Shown here piece after piece: positions 61,533 through 64,000 of a stretch of 64,000 bases of DNA. How positions within the stretch are numbered: the stretch's first letter is position 1; every line of letters begins with the position of its first letter. The DNA is from Candidatus Poribacteria bacterium. Lineage in GTDB: Bacteria; Poribacteria; WGA-4E; PCPOR2b. The notes under the pieces were generated by a model. The model made no database searches, was not told where the DNA came from, and saw only the letters and a list, made by a program, of their open reading frames with translations. The DNA lies in the NCBI GenBank assembly GCA_965218095.1, contig OZ244587.1, positions 2,816,001-2,880,000 on the forward strand, read 5' to 3'. A program made the translations under genes and the position numbers.

Positions 61533-63320
61533 ATGAAAAAAAGGGCGATTGTTTTCGTCGCGATTGCGGCGCTATTGTTGACGAGTTGGCCGCTTGCGCT
61601 GTCAGTTTCTACCATAGTCGCGGGATTCAACTGGGACGGCAAACAGCACCAGATTTCCCTGGGAGACCTTGAGGCGGCAATTGCAGAACTGGTGATATTC
61701 CGCCAGCAGAACTACAAAACCAGAGCGGGGAAGGCGGAATATCTGGACGAACTGATTGATAAGAAGCTGAAACACCTCGCCGCGCTTGAGAAGGGATTTG
61801 ATAAAGATGAAGCGTTGCTCGAAAAAGTGGAACGCGTAAAACATCAACTGATGATCAAACGGATAGCGGCGATTGAAGTCAATGAGAAGATCTCCTATAC
61901 GGAGGAAGACCTCCAGCAGTATTACGGGGTGCATAAAGATAAGTATGTGAAAGATGAGCAATGCCGGGCGACCTGTATCAGCATGACAGATAAAAACCGA
62001 TCGCAAGAAGTATTGGAGCTCATCAAAGGTGGTGAAGACATCCTTGATGTGGCGCAGGAGCTCACGAAAACAGAGGAACTGGTCGGTCCCGGATCCCGAG
62101 GAGCAGGAGACACGGGTTTCTTTTCTCAAGATGATGCCCCCGCCTGGCGAGAGTTCATCAATGCCGTTTTTGAACAAGAGGTTGGCGAGATGACCGATGA
62201 GGTCGTCGAACTTGAGACCGGTAATAAGAAGTACTACCTAATTTTCCGCAAAGAAGAGTACAAACCTCCATACCAACACACGTTTGACGAGGTCAGGTCC
62301 TCGGTTGAGAATGCAGTGGAACGCAAGAAAAAACCGCAACGAATGGCGGAGTGGGTTGAAGAGGTAAAACAGGTGGGACAACTCAAAATCTATCCCGACC
62401 GCCTCCCTGAATTTCTACCGGATGAACAAGATGTAGAAATGCGTCCGGAAGGCGTGGTCATCGCGGAATTTGAATGGGATGGGAAACATCAAATCACGCT
62501 TGAAGAAATGTTGGAGGAGATTCGTGAACTCCCTGAATACAAACAAAAGTGGTATAAAGATAAGGAGACGTTCGAGGTACATATAAACCTCATGGCAGAG
62601 AGCCGTTTGGTACTCTACCTTGCCAAAGATCGGAAGCTTGATGAAGACCCCGAGGTCGTGAAGAACGTGCAAGACTATCTGCGGAAACGGATGATTGATA
62701 AAATTACCGAGCTCGAAGTCGATAAGAAGCTCACGCTGACTGATGAAGACTACAGACGCTACTATGAGGCGCATAAAAGCGATTATATCGAGCCTGACCA
62801 GGTGCGACTCACGTGCATTACCCTCGCAAACGAAGAGCGTGCAAAAGAAGTCCTCCGGTGGCTAGAGGGTGGAGAAGACATCGCTGAAATTGCCGAAGAA
62901 CTATCCGCGAGCGGAGAATTGCGTGACCTTGGGGACAAGGGCATACCCCCTGGCGACACAGGCTTTTTGAGTCGCATGGCGCTTCCTGAGTTACAACGTC
63001 TCACTGATGTCGCATTTGCTATGGAAATTGGCCAGGTAACTGAAGACATCGTCCCGATTGAGTTCCAGGGCCAGCACTACTATGCACTCTTCCGCAAAGA
63101 GGAATACCGAGAGCCTCGCCAAAAAACGCTCGATGATGAGCTCGTGCGCAGCAACGTGGAAAGCGACACCGAGATTGCGACGCGCAACGCACTTATGAAC
63201 AACTGGATTGCGCAACTTCGCGAACGTGCGAAGGTTAAAACCTATATCGACCATATTCCCGAGACGCCGGAGGACTCTGAAAGCGAATCTCCTTCCGCCA
63301 GCGATTCCAGTATGGATTGA
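61533..63320 (+). CDS. Secreted PpiC-type peptidyl-prolyl isomerase/foldase with duplicated module
   Basis: AAGGAG RBS, signal peptide, two repeats of F.WDGK..I.L...A.ELS/T...GDTGF...AF. Confidence 0.8.
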   Translation: MKKRAIVFVAIAALLLTSWPLALSVSTIVAGFNWDGKQHQISLGDLEAAIAELVIFRQQNYKTRAGKAEYLDELIDKKLKHLAALEKGFDKDEALLEKVERVKHQLMIKRIAAIEVNEKISYTEEDLQQYYGVHKDKYVKDEQCRATCISMTDKNRSQEVLELIKGGEDILDVAQELTKTEELVGPGSRGAGDTGFFSQDDAPAWREFINAVFEQEVGEMTDEVVELETGNKKYYLIFRKEEYKPPYQHTFDEVRSSVENAVERKKKPQRMAEWVEEVKQVGQLKIYPDRLPEFLPDEQDVEMRPEGVVIAEFEWDGKHQITLEEMLEEIRELPEYKQKWYKDKETFEVHINLMAESRLVLYLAKDRKLDEDPEVVKNVQDYLRKRMIDKITELEVDKKLTLTDEDYRRYYEAHKSDYIEPDQVRLTCITLANEERAKEVLRWLEGGEDIAEIAEELSASGELRDLGDKGIPPGDTGFLSRMALPELQRLTDVAFAMEIGQVTEDIVPIEFQGQHYYALFRKEEYREPRQKTLDDELVRSNVESDTEIATRNALMNNWIAQLRERAKVKTYIDHIPETPEDSESESPSASDSSMD

Positions 63321-63384
63321 CGAAGAAAAGGTCAGTAATAGGCGTATGTGGAATCTGACTTTCCCGTTTCTCCTTTTACTCCTA

Positions 63385-63526
63385 ATACTGGATTACGAGT
63401 AAAATTTCCTATGCCGACCTCCCCCGGCCCCTCCTTCGCAAGGAGGGGAGAGAGGAGTTCTCCCCCTTGCGAAGGGGGAGTTAGAGGGGGTTGTGTTATG
63501 GGAAATTATTTTCCTAAATCAGTATA
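63385..63526. mobile_element. MITE-like element with internal GC-rich hairpins
   Basis: Imperfect ~27-bp TIRs (ATACTGGATTACGAG... / ...CCTAAATCAGTATA); internal CTCCCCCTTGCGAAGGGGGAG and CCTCCTTCGCAAGGAGG. Confidence 0.55.
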
Positions 63527-63908
63527 ACCCGTTCAATTCCTTAAGTTGACATCTATGCTATGCCCCTGCTCCCCTCCCCACTCTCTCACCCCGATAGCTC
63601 CGGGCAGGCTCTGTCCCCTCCGCCCCAAAGTTGGGAACATTCGTCCGGAAGCGACTAGCGCTTAACTAACACCTTCTTTACACACCCACAAATTCTTTCG
63701 GCTTGATATTTATACCTCATAAAGTGTATAATTCAATCTATGAAAAGTTGATCAAGTTTGTACGCTTGGATAAAAGTGTACGATAAGGTATTGGCGTAGG
63801 CGGTATCAAGTATTGGGTCATGTCACACACGGACCGGATACGCAATACCATCGACTCAATACCTGTTTTTTTATCAAATGGCTGAAACCGACAAAGGAGG
63901 AATCTAAA

Positions 63909-64000
63909 ATGAAACGGCCAATTGGTATTACAATTCTCAGTCTCGTGTTTCTGTTTGCGATGAGCGGTTCGATGGCGCAAGGCGCCGTTGCCGGTGCGCA
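63909..64000 (+). CDS. Start of a secreted protein, truncated by window edge
   Basis: AAGGAGG RBS; MKRPIGITILSLVFLFAMSGSMAQG signal peptide. Confidence 0.7.
   Translation, partial: MKRPIGITILSLVFLFAMSGSMAQGAVAGA

Noticed and set aside
1-64000. tRNA/rRNA genes and the many antisense or overlapping ORFs in the track (e.g. 17801-18580, 31600-32397, 40423-41211)
   Set aside because: No cloverleaf or rRNA-like sequence recognised; the shadow ORFs overlap well-supported genes and have no motifs

Overview
A bacterial chromosomal window, probably Candidatus Poribacteria or a relative. This is an inference from a LamG-like protein ending in VDPADKLSTTWGAVK, tandem PhyH dioxygenases, FGE-sulfatase proteins and abundant short intergenic repeats. 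From left to right: a defence island (degenerate HNH gene, type III R-M mod and res, two AT-rich cargo genes between them); comM; a sigma54 two-component operon divergent from prkA-yeaH-spoVR, with two sigma54 promoters and two palindromic candidate enhancers between them; metabolic genes and glnE; an IS-rich accessory tract at 33.8-47.8 kb; a multiheme cytochrome-TPR gene; catabolic genes; an IS1595 element with passenger genes; and a PpiC-type foldase. The strongest novel signal is at 43.0-47.1 kb. There, six clear and several degenerate co-oriented palindromes (TCCGATAA-N6/7-TTATCGGA) with tyrosine-recombinase/dif-like geometry separate small unrelated ORFs like an integron- or pdif-type cassette array, and no recombinase is present in the window. 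Other highlights: a phage prohead-protease-like gene that seems to lack its catalytic His, placed between mod and res; an IS5 element sitting between the two ends of an IS982-like element; a MITE-bounded three-gene module; and a hairpin-rich cargo region inside the IS1595 element. All family calls come from visual motif recognition; no database searches were run.
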